Part shown: piece after piece, positions 1-13,065 of the stretch | How the letters are laid out: every line of letters begins with the position of its first letter | Position numbering within the stretch: position 1 is the first letter of the stretch | From: Eledone cirrhosa | Taxonomy: Eukaryota | Reading direction: 5' to 3' | DNA: 64,000 nt | Assembly: GCA_964016885.1 (NCBI GenBank) | Contig: OZ024741.1 | Coordinates: forward strand, 105,338,001-105,402,000 | The notes under the pieces: generated by a model | Databases searched by the model: none | What the model saw: the letters and a program-made list of their open reading frames with translations, nothing else | What the model was told of the DNA's origin: nothing | Translations under genes and position numbers: made by a program

Positions 1-1649
1 ACTCTGAGTGTAATGGAGATGCGGAGCTCATCCAGACTATCCTACACTGTATCAGAAACTTACAAACCTAGCTCCCTCCGCTGTAGTAGAGCCTTAGCCA
101 TCTCCCCTGTTGGAACTAATCCAACTAATCCATGTTGGAAGAAAGAGGGTTACCCACCAGAGGGAAGCAAGCCTGGGTGGAGGAAAGAAAGCAGGGAAGA
201 GACAGGGACAATCATTTACACGGGATTGTGTATATCTGGAAAATATGTTATGGAGATATGTTTTCTACTTACAACTAAATACTTGTTGTTAAGTATGTCT
301 TCTTCGTGTGACATAGATATTGTTCCAGATAAAATGACTTGTATTTCAACATTAGATGATAATTACACATATAATTAGATTAGATGAAGTTATAAAGATA
401 ATTAGTTAACAGTATCATCAACAACGTTTCTACTTCACTGAACAATACCGGTGACATAAATTAAAAGTCCCTAAAATAATTTAATACATGCAGAAACATA
501 TTCAATTATATCGATTTACTGATTTAATTGTATCCAACACATGGTAAAGCAAAATGTATCCACCAACAAAATAACTGTTACATATCAAGGAAACTTGTAG
601 GTGATCACTGGATTCGTTAAAAACAATAGCCAAACTGTACTTAAATCACAACCCGGCGGAAACGTTCGACATTATAAATCTAATTGTACAAAAATAAAAC
701 GGATGGTCACAGCTGGAATGCACTAGATCAAACAACAATAACTGCCGTATAAAAATTGACGTGACTGTGGTAACAAAAATTTTAATCTTAGGACAATAAC
801 GAAATGTTGGTGTAAGATGTATTAAAAATTCGATAATATTGTATTTCTTACATGATTAATAAAATAGATTTAAATGTAATAGTACAAGCTAAGAGTGTCT
901 AAAACAATATAGTAAGCTAGGAGTTTCTAAAGCTATATGATAAGCTAGGAGATTCTTAAGAAAACAAAAACTTATTTTTTGTTACTGGTGTTATTTAAGC
1001 GGAGAAATTGTTACTGACACCAGAAGTTAACTGTCAAGTATTCCAAAAGGGCAATGTAATGATCATATTAAGTAGATTTATATTTCTTAAAGTCGAGTAT
1101 GTTAAATAAACATTAAATAATTTATAATTTTAGTAGATTATAAAATTTATCAATCACATTCGGAATACTAACACGATTCTTCGTTAAGCGTATCTACTAA
1201 GGGGAGATCACTCTATATTAACATCGTTTTCTAATTTAGACGCAAAGCCAGTAATTTGGAGGAGGGGTAGTCGATTAAATTGATCCACTACTTCACCGGT
1301 ACTTTATTCTATCGACCCCAATCAAAACTATCATCTTACCTGAAGAATTATTAATTAAATAAACGAAGCAATATGACCAATGACACTAAAACCAAGCCAT
1401 GTCACTTTCCACGATGAACCCGCTGAAAAATTGTTCCACTGGACGTAGAGACAAGTTGGACAGCTGTATATCACCTTGAAATCAATCGAGATAGACACGG
1501 ACCTCACGGTAGTGGATCTGCATACTGCAATCTTCTACTGAGGACTCTGCAGTTCGATATTTGTCGACGTTTATCCTCTGCTTCAAGGCAGCAGATGATT
1601 CGAGAAAATGAAATAATCAATAAGCTGGACTTACCTGATAGATCAGAGC

Positions 1650-2520
1650 TGTATAATTTTAAAAGACCTCAATTTGATTTAAAAGGCCATAAAGCGAACT
1701 TGGAAATAAACCCAACTATGGGGCTGATTTGTCAATTGAAATCAGATATATGAAATATAAGTAAGGCTATAATATTCAAAGTACCGCATTTCGAAAACAA
1801 AAAAATAACAACTTTTATACAATTTGACTACTATTCCTTGATTTCACTAATTCTGCTCAACAAAGTTCTAATATTCACAATGGAAGTGTCTGCCTTAACT
1901 AGGGAAGAGATTAATATAATTCTAGTGGCTAGAAAGTCTATTACTGAATTTTATAGAAGTTATTGACACGGGTCAATGGGGTAAATAACTTCGATATTAC
2001 AATGGCACTAGCGACTCAACCCATGTGATGGATTTAGTGGGAATGTATTTAATGTACAAATTAAAAGAGGAAATTTCCTCATCTACAGTGCGATATTTAT
2101 AGAGATGATGCTCTTCTAGTTGTGGAAAAACTCAATGGCCCACAAATAGAAAGAAGGAGGAAAGTATTAAATTCTTTTTTAAAGAATGTAAGACTTGAAA
2201 TGATTATTGAAAATAACTGTAAAAAAAGTTGATTTCCTTGGTGTATTGCTGGAACTAGACTCTGGACATATAAACTTTTGCCACAAACTGTATGAAAACC
2301 CCCACCTCCCACCTATATAAGCAAGTACTCTAACCACCCGAATCAATTCTAAACTCTATAGTTAGTTTCCTTAAGGATTCCTAGGCTTCTGGCTAACAAG
2401 GTTATTTTTAATGAAAATGCTGATTACTATAATGAAGCATTAGGTGGATCTGGACATATGAAAAAAATAGCAAGGGACAAATCAAATCTATGGATAAACC
2501 AGTCAGTATTTAGCAGGAGA
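1650..2520 (+). mobile_element. Decayed Penelope-like element RT
   Basis: Frameshifted FIQFD, EEINIILVARKS, FDITM..DLVGMYL, IYRDD, KVDFLGV, TYISKYSNHP motifs. Confidence 0.75.
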
Positions 2521-2779
2521 GTAAGGGGAAATTCTAACAAATTAAAATAGTTCTTGTGAACCGAGATTAACATTTCTCTACTTCACTGTCTGGAATGTGT
2601 ACAAGATGATTTCCTATTCTAATTAAACTTGGATCTCAAATGAGTTCACTACATCTTCAGATATTAACAAAGATCACAGATGATGGAAATATGGTAATAA
2701 TTTAACATAAATAGAGAGAAAGAAATAAGGGAAACTGAATTATTGAATAATGAATTGAAAAAGATTTGGTTTTCATGCC

Positions 2780-3835
2780 ATGAAGGGAGGCACTAAGGTT
2801 GGGGGAAGTAGAAAGGGGTATATTTGCAGTCAGGGACCTAAATGTTGATATGCCTCACAACCAGTACATTACCATCTTTCCCAAACTAATTTAGTCCAGC
2901 TAATATGTAGCATGCAAATCAACAGAATCCTATGTCAGTTTCTTTGTAAAGTCAGACTTCTCTACATCATTCCTTGCTTATGCAGGTACCATCCCCCATA
3001 CAAATCACACATCCCTACCAACTCAGTTTTCTTTCTTTTACACTGCACCTAATTCCTATTATGCCAATTTTTACTCTCAGTTCATTAACATGTTGTCATT
3101 CTTGTACAGCACCGTTACACATCCATCAGAGCATGCTTGCTTCATTTTTAATCTTTGTAAATCACAGTTCATATATAGGCATCATACAATCTACCTTTCA
3201 CTGTGAAATAGAAACCCTTTGTAGCCAGCAGGTGTAGTAGCTCCCTGAACCTTTTCTCACCAGTTCTCACTCTAGCTACTGTACTTTCAGAACATCTACC
3301 TCCACTATTAATTAGCTCACCTAAATAGCAAAAGTTGTCAACTACTTCTCGGGAATCATCTGTGTCGTGTCATCTCTTACTGCTCCTGTGCACCTGACAC
3401 ATACAATCCCACATTATTTGTTAGTTTGCCTAAGATCCCACATCTGTTGTGTACTTGTAGTTCAGATTTTGTATATAGCATGGAATTCCTACCAACTCTT
3501 TTTCTCTATAATGAGCATGCCCATTCCCCTGATGGAATCGTGGTCCTGTCTTTTTTCTACTAAGATTTTAGCCTTCGCGAAGTTGACTTCCATGCCTTCT
3601 GATTCCAGGTTTAGCTTCCGTGTCTGGAATTTCTTCTCTAATTTCCCTTTAGATTGAGCTATGAGAACTGAGTCATTAGCATATAGGAGTTCCCACAGGC
3701 AGTGAGTCTTAAACTTTGTTATGGCCTACAAAACTATAATAAACTGAAAGATGCTGAAAACAGAGCCTGATGGACCTCTACCTGCAAGCTAAACTCATCA
3801 CTAGACTTATTGTTAACTTGTTATCTGCACCTCTG
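2780..3835 (-). mobile_element. RTE-clade LINE, 3' fragment (family 1)
   Basis: Reverse complement matches the RT and C-terminal region at 11600-12740. Confidence 0.8.
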
Positions 3836-6189
3836 TACATCAGACCGGCCATCCTCTAAAAACCGAGGTGTACTATAAAAAAAAAAGTGTCCCAAAACGG
3901 GGAGAAATGAGGCAAAATGGTGGAGATTTTATATAATGAAAGTTATACCTATTTTCACAAGAGAAGACATCTCTCACCCAACCCAAAGTGGGTGGGAGAT
4001 CTCCCCGTCGTACGGGGAAAGTTGACAGGTCTGGTATATGACTTGTACAACCTTCTCAGGCCATTCCTCTATCCCTTGTTTCCTACGAGCCCACCAGATT
4101 ATGGAGCAGAGCACCCTATCAAATGTTTTCTTCAGGCAAAGGAATGCTAGGTAGAGGTACTTAGGTTTACTGTGAAATATCTTTATTGTATATCTTAGCT
4201 ATTATGTCATATAAACACATGTTTACTGTGAAATAGCTTTAATGTATATCTTAACTGTTTTGGTATATATATCAGAGTATATCTCACCTATTACACTCAT
4301 TACTGTGTGTCTCAAATGTTATGGTCTATACATCATACGTTACTGCGAAATATCATCTTATGTATTTATCCCACCTGTTATGATATATAAACCACTTTAT
4401 ATTTTAGATGTTATGGTAAAGTGTAAATCTCGGTTGTTATAAGATATAAACCAACGTTTACTGTGAAATATTTTAATTACACCAAAATCTCAATACAAGA
4501 TGGATACAGCAGAAACTGAAGTGACAATACTACATACTCCCTTTTCTAATAAAAAAAACTAAAACAAGATTTTAAAAAAGCACAATATAGTATCTAATTT
4601 GATGAAAATCACCATGGTTGCCACATGGGTATAATAAATGTATCTCCATAAGTATCATTACTAGTTACGTTAGGATTAATGACCCCATACTGTCAACATT
4701 GACAGTGATTTATATATATATTAAAGGTTATCTCTATCATCATTATCATCATTACCATTTAACGTCCATTTTTCCACGCTAGCATGGATTAGATGAGTTG
4801 TTCTGTTGTGTGACAAATCAGATCAGATGACCACGTCTTGCATACATACAGAATTTATTCTGGTTTGGTTTCTATGGCTGGATGTCTTTCCTAACGCCAA
4901 CAACATTTACAGTGTGTACTGGGTGCTTTTTATCGCAGCACCAAAACAACCACATTACAGTGTGGAGTGGGCGTGGAAGTGCGTAGGGATTGGAGCTGGG
5001 ACACTTATCTGGTGAAGAGTGGGTGAAGTGTGAGGTGTTAGGACATGGGAGGTGTAGGTGCATATTACATGTATGCTCCAACCCATGCTCATGGAGGGGG
5101 GCTCTTCTGTATTACTGCATAATGCCAGAGATCTCGATCTTGTGCCTTACATCTAATGTAAGACTAAGTTTAGTTACAGAAGACACAATCTCAGACTTGT
5201 TTAGACATCGTCTATTGTAATACCAACTTTAGTTTCACAAGTCACAAATTAAATCTATAGAGCCACAAGGATATAGTTTCTAGAATCTAAACTGGCAAGA
5301 CTTGCCATCGAATAGTAGCATAAAGCGATCTGGGAGTGATCACAATAATTGATAATTTATGTGAAACCTATAAATATGTAATTAGTCTGCGGTGTCGTTG
5401 ATAATGTTGCCCTCATTTGAATGATTCCTGTGACATGCTAAGTCCTTCACATACAGAAATACCTTCAGTTATATTTACTCATTCTGTTTTATTGAACACA
5501 TAGTAAAAATTAAAAAATCTCCAAGCAAAATAATTATGTATCAATGAGAGTGCTTGAGCGTGGTTGCTTGAACTGCTAAAAATAATAACCAAATTCTCAT
5601 CAAATGACATGTTTATTAGTAGATTAGTCGTATACAATAAACGAAATTATACGTTTGTTTTATTAGGACTAACGTATTGTTAAACAACAATAACATAATT
5701 CTCCATTCAAGATCCCTTTTTTAACTTGAAAAAAAGAAGAGATGGCCTCAGTTATACAAATTCCAAATTGAATCAAAACATCAAGTATTTGTTTTTTGAA
5801 AAGTTTCCTTTCGGAAATCATGGAATAACTCCTTTTTGCTCTAAAGTGAAATCACTCGAGCCCTGTCTTTACTTTCAATACGGGATGGTAGAATAAATAC
5901 CTGTAAAATTCTTGGGTGTGTAGATTTAATCCACGATACACTTTTCCAAAATGTGGAACTTTGTGCCAATGTTATAAATTATACATCATATATTTAAGCT
6001 AAACTCGATTCAATATAATAATAGACATTCCTATTTGGCGATTTTATATTACATCTAATAACAGTTGACTGAGATTTTAGAAATCACGATTTTTTTTTTG
6101 ATTTTTTTATTGATTTTTTTTTTGATTTTTTTGTCCGTCAGTTATTTCATGTTTGTCAAAAATGTTATTCAATTGTATAAATAAAATTA

Positions 6190-6610
6190 TAAAATTTTTT
6201 TTCTATCGCTTTGATTATATATTTTTGTGTCCCCAGCAATAATTAATTGATTTCACTTCTATTTAATCTTATAAATTGGTTATATTTGTAATGTTCTTTT
6301 TTATAAAATTGTGAAAAAAACATTTTGATAACATCAACTGACGGACAAAGTTAAATATTGGAATAATTATATTATACTTTAAAGTCAGGACAAAGGAATA
6401 ATCTTTTCCCAATGTAGTTTTATATTTTCACTTCTGTATAATTACTGTAACTTGAAAATGTTTATATAATTCTATTATTTACACACATAGTACAAATCTT
6501 TGTCAACATTTTCAAATATAAAGAGTGAGTTGGTAGCCGATATTTTCATGCTGTAAGAGTTATTCCCCTTCATATGTTTTGTTTTGTTTTCGACAATTAT
6601 TCGATAGGGT
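6190..6610 (-). promoter_or_regulatory. Fourth copy of the ZNF promoter/exon-1/intron-start cassette, pointing out of the left end of the window
   Basis: Reverse complement aligns with 25430-25780 and 19800-19910; donor GT appears deleted. Confidence 0.5.
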
Positions 6611-7151
6611 ACAATTCTCCGACTGGTTTGCGGTCGAGCCCGTAGCAGTGGAGGTTCTGGTGTCCTTGGATCTAGAGCCACCTCCCTACCCACCACCATC
6701 GACACAGAGCTAGCTACCTGCAGGTGTGAACCTGGCGAGCTGGAATAGCTCTTCCAGCGCGGTACCTCACTATCATCTGAGGAAACCCACCCCTTTTCTA
6801 TTCTGTCCGCTGGGGCTGCGGGGCGGCCAGCGCGTGGGCCTTCATTTGCTCATAATAGTGAGAGATGGGGAGAGGGGGAGGCAGTGACAGTGGAAGTTTG
6901 GTTCCTTTGTATTAGGACCTGGTGTATATGTATATGTTTCTCATAGCTATGTATAGTTGTCTACATGAGTGTTATGATTAAATAATTTTGTTATTCATAT
7001 ATATATATATATATATATATAAGACGTAATTTTACGTCTTATATATTATTGTTCTGCATCCTCCTGCATTGAACCACCTAGGTACTATGACATAACCTGT
7101 GTATTTGCTGGCATTAGCGTACATCTGTGCGCTTATGTTAGTAGATATATT

Positions 7152-7155
<4 letters not shown>

Positions 7156-7225
<70 letters not shown>

Positions 7226-7266
7226 AACAAGTAAGACCCCTGTATATATATATATATATATATATA
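7156..7266. repeat. (TA)n microsatellites (many more across the window)
   Basis: Directly visible. Confidence 0.98.
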
Positions 7267-7463
7267 CAGAGATAAATCCACCAATTAATGGTAGGGTCTA
7301 AGCCGTATGATGAACTCAATGTATGTAGAAGATGTGAAGCAAAGTTTAAAATACAAAATTTCAACGATATAATTCATTAGATACAGAGTCAAAAATACAA
7401 ATAAAATACAAATAGTGAAAACAATGAAATTAAACAAAAAACGGTTAATTCATAGTAAAACTC

Positions 7464-7598
7464 ATTATTGTACGATCGTTTCTGGGGGGTAGTTCCCCGT
7501 ATGTCCATTCTATTATTGATCTATGTAAAATATTTTACAAATTATCATAGTAAGAAAATATACATACGTCTTCTCTACCCGCCGTCTTCAGAAATAAT
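7464..7598 (-). ncRNA. Hammerhead ribozyme motif with long helix II (slightly decayed)
   Basis: Minus strand attattt-CTGAAGA-cggcgggtag...cgtatgt...acatacg...ctacccccca-GAAA-cgatcg-TA-caataat. Confidence 0.6.
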
Positions 7599-7599
7599 C

Positions 7600-9531
7600 G
7601 ACACCTCAAGATGATCAGCTACACTGGCCCGAACCACCAGAATACTTTACACCACTGATATCATCAGAAAGGCGATTTCATCCTTCCCCGCTGAGTCAGG
7701 CGCGGGAATTGACGACCTTCGTCCTCAACACCTCAAAGATGGTATCCCCTTATCGGCCGGTGACGCCGGACTCGAGCTCTTGGAGAGTCTGACTCAGTGT
7801 ATGAATCAGTTCTCCCGTTCATCCACCCACTGTTCTTCGGTGCGAAGCTATTTGGTCTCACCAAGCCCAACGGGGACCTGCGCCCCATTGCGGTTGGTTG
7901 CACTCTTCGCCGCCTCACTGCAAAGGCGTGTTTGCTGTTGGTCTCCGACCCACTGGCGGAGGAATTTCCCCCCATCCAGTTGGGGGTGGGTACCAGGTTG
8001 GGATGTGAGGCTGCTGTCCACGCTGCCAGAGCATTTGCCAACTTGCCCTCCTCGCGACATTGTCCTCGGCTCAGTAAGAGAGAGGGTCCCACAACTCTAC
8101 CACTTTTCTTGGCAGGCTTATCGGGAGCCCTGTGACCTCTCTTTCGGTGACCAGATCATCACCTCTGCCTCAGGAGTCCAACAGGGTGACCCACTCAGGC
8201 CCACACTGTTTGCACTGGGCATTGATGACGTCACCAAGATGTGGGCTGAGTTGGACCTCAATGTCTGGTACCTCGACGACGCCTGTTTGGGGGGAACTCC
8301 GGATATGGTTCTCGCCACTGCCAACGGGATGGTGGAGGAGGGTTGGCCTTGAGCAACGGCTGAGGCATATCGAAGCTATCGAACCCCATCAAGGTTTCTT
8401 CTTACTCAGGAAGTACCTGGCTATTCCTAAGCTTCTGTATCTGTTCAGGGTCAGCCCCTCTCACAGATTTCCGTCCTGCCTCCAACGCTTCGACGACCTA
8501 ATCTTAGAGAGACTCGAGTGTCTGGTCAATGTTAGACTCTCTTCGGAGTCCCGCGATCAGGCTGCATTGCCCAAGCGATTTGGGGGTCTTGGTCTCCGTA
8601 AGTGTTCGTCCCTGTCTCTCCCCTGCTTCCTTTCCTCCACCCACGCTTGCTCCACCCTGGTGAGCAGCATCCTCTCCTCTCCAACATGGACTAGTTCCAA
8701 CAGGGAGTTCGGTGAAGCTCTCCAGCAGTGGAGTGAGCTGGGCTTGTCTCTTCCTGAGAAGGTGGAGGACAGTCGAAGTCAGAGAGCTTGGGACAGCATA
8801 AGTTCAAAGGCCTCCTTCGACTCCCTCTTTGTCCAGTCAAATCAGTTTGCAAGGTGCCGCTTACAATCTGCTAGCGCCAAATACTCAGGCGCCTGGGTCA
8901 GTGCCCTACCCGTAGCCAACGTTGGTGGCCTACTCAGCCTGGACGAACTTCATGTCTCCATCGCCCTCAGAGTGGGAGCCGACGTCTGCATGGGTTTGAG
9001 GTGCCGATGCGGAAAACTCCTTGACTCTACAGGCCTCCACGGTCTTTCTTGCCGCCTGAATGCCGGCCGCTTCGCGCGTTACACAGAGCTAAACCTCATT
9101 CTGAAGAGAGCTTTGGCCTGGGCAAATATCCCCTCAGTCTTGGAATCATCTGGGTTGTCCAGAAGTGACGGCAAAAGACCTGATGGTCTTACCCTGTGCC
9201 CCTGGTCGAGAAGCAGGTGCCTTGTCTGGGACGTCACTGTTAGTGACTCCTTTGCTCTTTCCCACATCCTGGATGCTGCGGTTAGGACAAGAGTCACAGC
9301 TTCTGCAGCCGAACGGAGTAAGACTCTCAAATACTCTGCTCTGTCGGCCAGCTACATTTTTCAGCCTGAGGCTTTCGAGACGTTTGGGGGAGGTTCCTTT
9401 TCTCACTGGCGGCTCACCTAATAGAGGTGACTAGCGAATCTCGCAAGGGTGCTTGGCTGTTTCAGCGCATCAGCCTCGCCATCACCCGAGGCAACGCTGC
9501 GAGTGTGCTGGCTTGCTTCAAAAATCTTTAG
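7600..9531 (+). mobile_element. CRE-clade non-LTR retrotransposon (RT plus restriction-like endonuclease), 5'-truncated and frameshifted
   Basis: KPNGDLRPIAVG, GVQQGDPL, WYLDD, GGLGLR; CRCG..HGLSC knuckle, RPDG..WDVTV, KY..FQPEAFETFG, WLFQRISLAITRGNAASV; GC-rich relative to flanks. Confidence 0.9.
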
Positions 9532-11140
9532 AGAGATTGCCCAGTACTCGCGACATTGCTGTCTTTTGCTCTGGTGTTGGCTCCGTTGTTCACCTCTTCT
9601 ACATTTTCTTTAATATTGTAGCATTGAAGGAATATATCTTTCATGTCCCTTTATGGTCTGAGTTCAAATCCCGCCGAGGTTAACTTTGCCTTTCATCCTT
9701 ACGGGGTCGATAAAATAATGCATCAGTAATACAATGGGATAATTGCTGGCCTTGTGCCAAATGTAGAAACAATTATATCATCCTTTGTAGTGCTACCGAG
9801 GCATTTGTAATGTTATTTATGTATATATTTAAAACATATTTGTTATGTTATTGTACTGTAAATTTATTTATATGCTCTGTTTATATTTTCATTCTGAAGG
9901 AATTGCAAACGATTTGTAATGTTGTAAATAAAATATATATATATGTATATATATATGTACGTACAAGTGGATATATATATACAACAGAGGCCCCCAAATC
10001 CAAGTATAAGGCAGGCATAAAACTAAGAGGGTGTTATTTTTAAAGAAAAGTAAAGTGGGTGTTTGGAAAAGTTATTGTTTAGACTAGACAAAGGTAGAGT
10101 GTGATATATATCTTCACAGCAATAGCTTGGGGGCTTTGGAGCTTAGGCGAATCCCTTAGTACAGACATATATACCCACCCACACTTTTATACTTCTGGAT
10201 GCGCGTGTATGTCTATATACACATGTGCACTCATACAAGAGAGTATATACAAATATACTCTTAAGCATACACTCGAACATTTATCAATCCAACCTGGGGT
10301 ATTAGTATTACGTTGCGTTCACATGAGTGTGTACATTCACGCAGTCCCAGTATACACACACAATGCATGGTTGCGGGCACTCATGTGTATAGGGTTAGTA
10401 CCTTGGGATAATTGTTCTCCCGGGGGGGGGGGGGGGGGGGCTCAGGTTCAATAAAACGTGGTTTTGATGACTCCTAACCAGTAGAGGATCCGGTGCACTT
10501 GTGCGTACATATATATATATACACACCTGTATGGATTTGTGTGTGTAGATGTGTGTTTGTTTGAGGGGGTAGGTGTGAGTGTATGTACAAGTCAACCAAC
10601 ATAAGTCCTTTTATTTCTAAATTTTCTAAACTATCTAAGTATTTGACTCTAACCATTATTTTAAGTATTACCACCCCACATTAATTCCTAAATTTGTATG
10701 TGTGGATGTGTGTGTGTGTCTGTGGAGGTGGGTGTGAGTGTATGTGCAAGCCAACCTACATAAGTCTTTTTATTTGTAAATTTTCTACTCTAACCATAAT
10801 TTTCAGTAGCACCACTCCACATAAATTCCTCAATTTAAGAATGACCTGTAGTATCTATTTCATACTATTAACCTTAATTGAATATATATGACCAGGAATG
10901 CTTTTTGTGAAAATCAGTCATATGGAACTATTGTCATCTTGACTGACGGTTTGAACTTTACAGAACTACCTGCCTCTTTGAGGTCAAATACCAACCCTAC
11001 TAGCATCTACAAACTGACCAATGAGAATTAAGACTATTCCTGCTGACAACATTAAATTATTCCTAACAAGCTCATATGTCCCAAGGCTCTGATACCATCA
11101 ACACTATAAACACAGAGCTGGCATATCTAAGAACTGACTA

Positions 11141-11196
11141 ACTGCCTGATGAGGTCATAGCCATTCAATGGCTATCATCGAAATATATATAGCAGT
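11141..11196 (+). ncRNA. Minimal type-I hammerhead ribozyme
   Basis: actgc-CTGATGA-[ggt c atagccat tca atggctat c atc]-GAAA-tatata-TA-gcagt: complete core, helix I, helix II and palindromic loop 3; aataaa downstream. Confidence 0.8.
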
Positions 11197-11423
11197 AAAT
11201 AAAGGATTATGAGTTCATGCAATTGACTTTTGTTTCGTCACTATATATATATATATATGTAGGAGGTGAGTTTTATTGTAGCACAATAAAGCAATGCAAA
11301 TATCGGATAAGTAGCACTCAACAGTTTATAGGACTGGAGTATAAATAATACAAAATCAAAAGATGGTTAAAAGAGTTCCATGTATTTTATTATGCACATT
11401 CACTGTTTCATATCATGTCTCCC

Positions 11424-11494
11424 TATTTTATCTGATGAGAACGCAAATATCATCCCATGATGATATTTGTTTTTGAAATGCGCATAATAAAATA
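11424..11494 (+). ncRNA. Minimal type-I hammerhead ribozyme
   Basis: tattttat-CTGATGA-[gaac gcaaatatcatc ccat gatgatatttgt tttt]-GAAA-tgcgca-TA-ataaaata: 8-bp helix I, palindromic loop 3. Confidence 0.8.
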
Positions 11495-11522
11495 CATGGA
11501 ACTCTTTTAACCATCTTTTGAT

Positions 11523-11569
<47 letters not shown>

Positions 11570-11570
<1 letters not shown>

Positions 11571-13065
11571 CTTTGACAGAGTCCCATGCTCTATAATCTG
11601 GTGGGCACTATAGAAGATAGGTGTAGACAAATGGCTTGTGAGGGCCGTGCAGGCCATGTATAGAGGAGCAACCAGTAGAGTAAGAGTTGGCAATGAGTAC
11701 AGTGATGAATTTGAAGTGCAGGTGGGGTCCACTAGGGATCAGTCCTCAATCCACTTTCTACTTCAGGCCATCACTGAGGAGTTTAAAACTGATACTTCAT
11801 GGGAACTCCTTTATGCTGACGACCTAGTCCTCATAAATGAATCCGTAGGAGTGTTAGAAGAAAAATTTCAAGCATGGAAGAAGAACCTAGAGCTGAAAGA
11901 CCTAAAAGTAAATTTAGACGAAAGTCTTAATAAGTAGGAAAGAAGACAGGAAGGTGATACCATCAGGAAAGTGGCTTTGTTCGATATATCAGAAAGGGGC
12001 TGTCAGAAATTCTGTAAAGTGCATGCAATGTAAATTATAGATGCACAAGGGATGTAGCGGGATTGCAGGTAGGCTAATAAAAAGATTGACTTTATATGCA
12101 GCAGATGCACAGAGTAAGTAAGCACAAAGTGCACACATGAAATAGATTCCCTCAACTTCCAGGGAGCTTTCTAGAAGTTGTCAACATCTTTTGCTACCTA
12201 GGTGACCAAATTAGTAGGGGAATAGGATTTTGTGAAAGTGTGATAGCTAGGATAAGAACAGGCTGGAAGAAGTTCAGAGATCTATTACCACTGCTAACAG
12301 CAAACTGCTTTTCTCTCATTTTGAAAGGTACACTGATTGATACCAGTATGCGAACTGCAATGCTACATGGCAGTGAAACATAGGCCTTGACTGCAGAAGA
12401 CTTGTGGAGGTTAGAAAGAAATGAGTCAAGTATATTTCAATAGATGTGTAATGTTTGTGTGCATGAGTGACATAGCATAAGCAAACTGTAGGAAAAACTG
12501 TGCGTAAGAGGAATTAGATGTAGTGTGCAAGAGAGAAGACTGCATTGGTATAGACATGTGATGTGTATGGAAGATGGCTGCTGCATAAAGAAGTGCAGAG
12601 AAATCCCAGTGGCTGGGACCTGTGGATGAAGTAGACCCAGGAAGACATGGGATGAGGTTATGAAGGCTGACCTTAAAAAGCTAAACCTTACAGCAGAAAT
12701 GACTAAAGACCATGAGGGCTGGTGCTATGCAGTGCTGAAGACCTGACCTACAGCATACAATGTGATCTGTCCTACCCTTCCACTAGAACTCCCTAACAGT
12801 TATTCTCAACATCACTTCACCCCCCACCCGTGTAATCATCCCCCCCCCCCACACACACACACACATTCCTAGCAGCTATTATTCTGTCACCCTGTGAAGT
12901 AGTTAGTGATAAGAAGGGCATTCAGCCATGGAAGGTATGCCAAACAAAGGGTCAGGAGGACTCTTTAGTGGCTCCACTTCAGTACTGATTTGGTCTGTAT
13001 AGACCCATCCAACCATTGCTAACAGGGAAAGCAGACATTAAAATGACAACGATGATGATGATGGA
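11570..13065 (+). mobile_element. RTE-clade LINE, 5'-truncated (family 1)
   Basis: FDRVP, WELLYADDLVL, GRPRKTW and (GAT)n tail. Confidence 0.85.

Noticed and set aside
13-378. 121-aa ORF at the window start
   Set aside because: No recognisable domain; composition shifts mid-ORF
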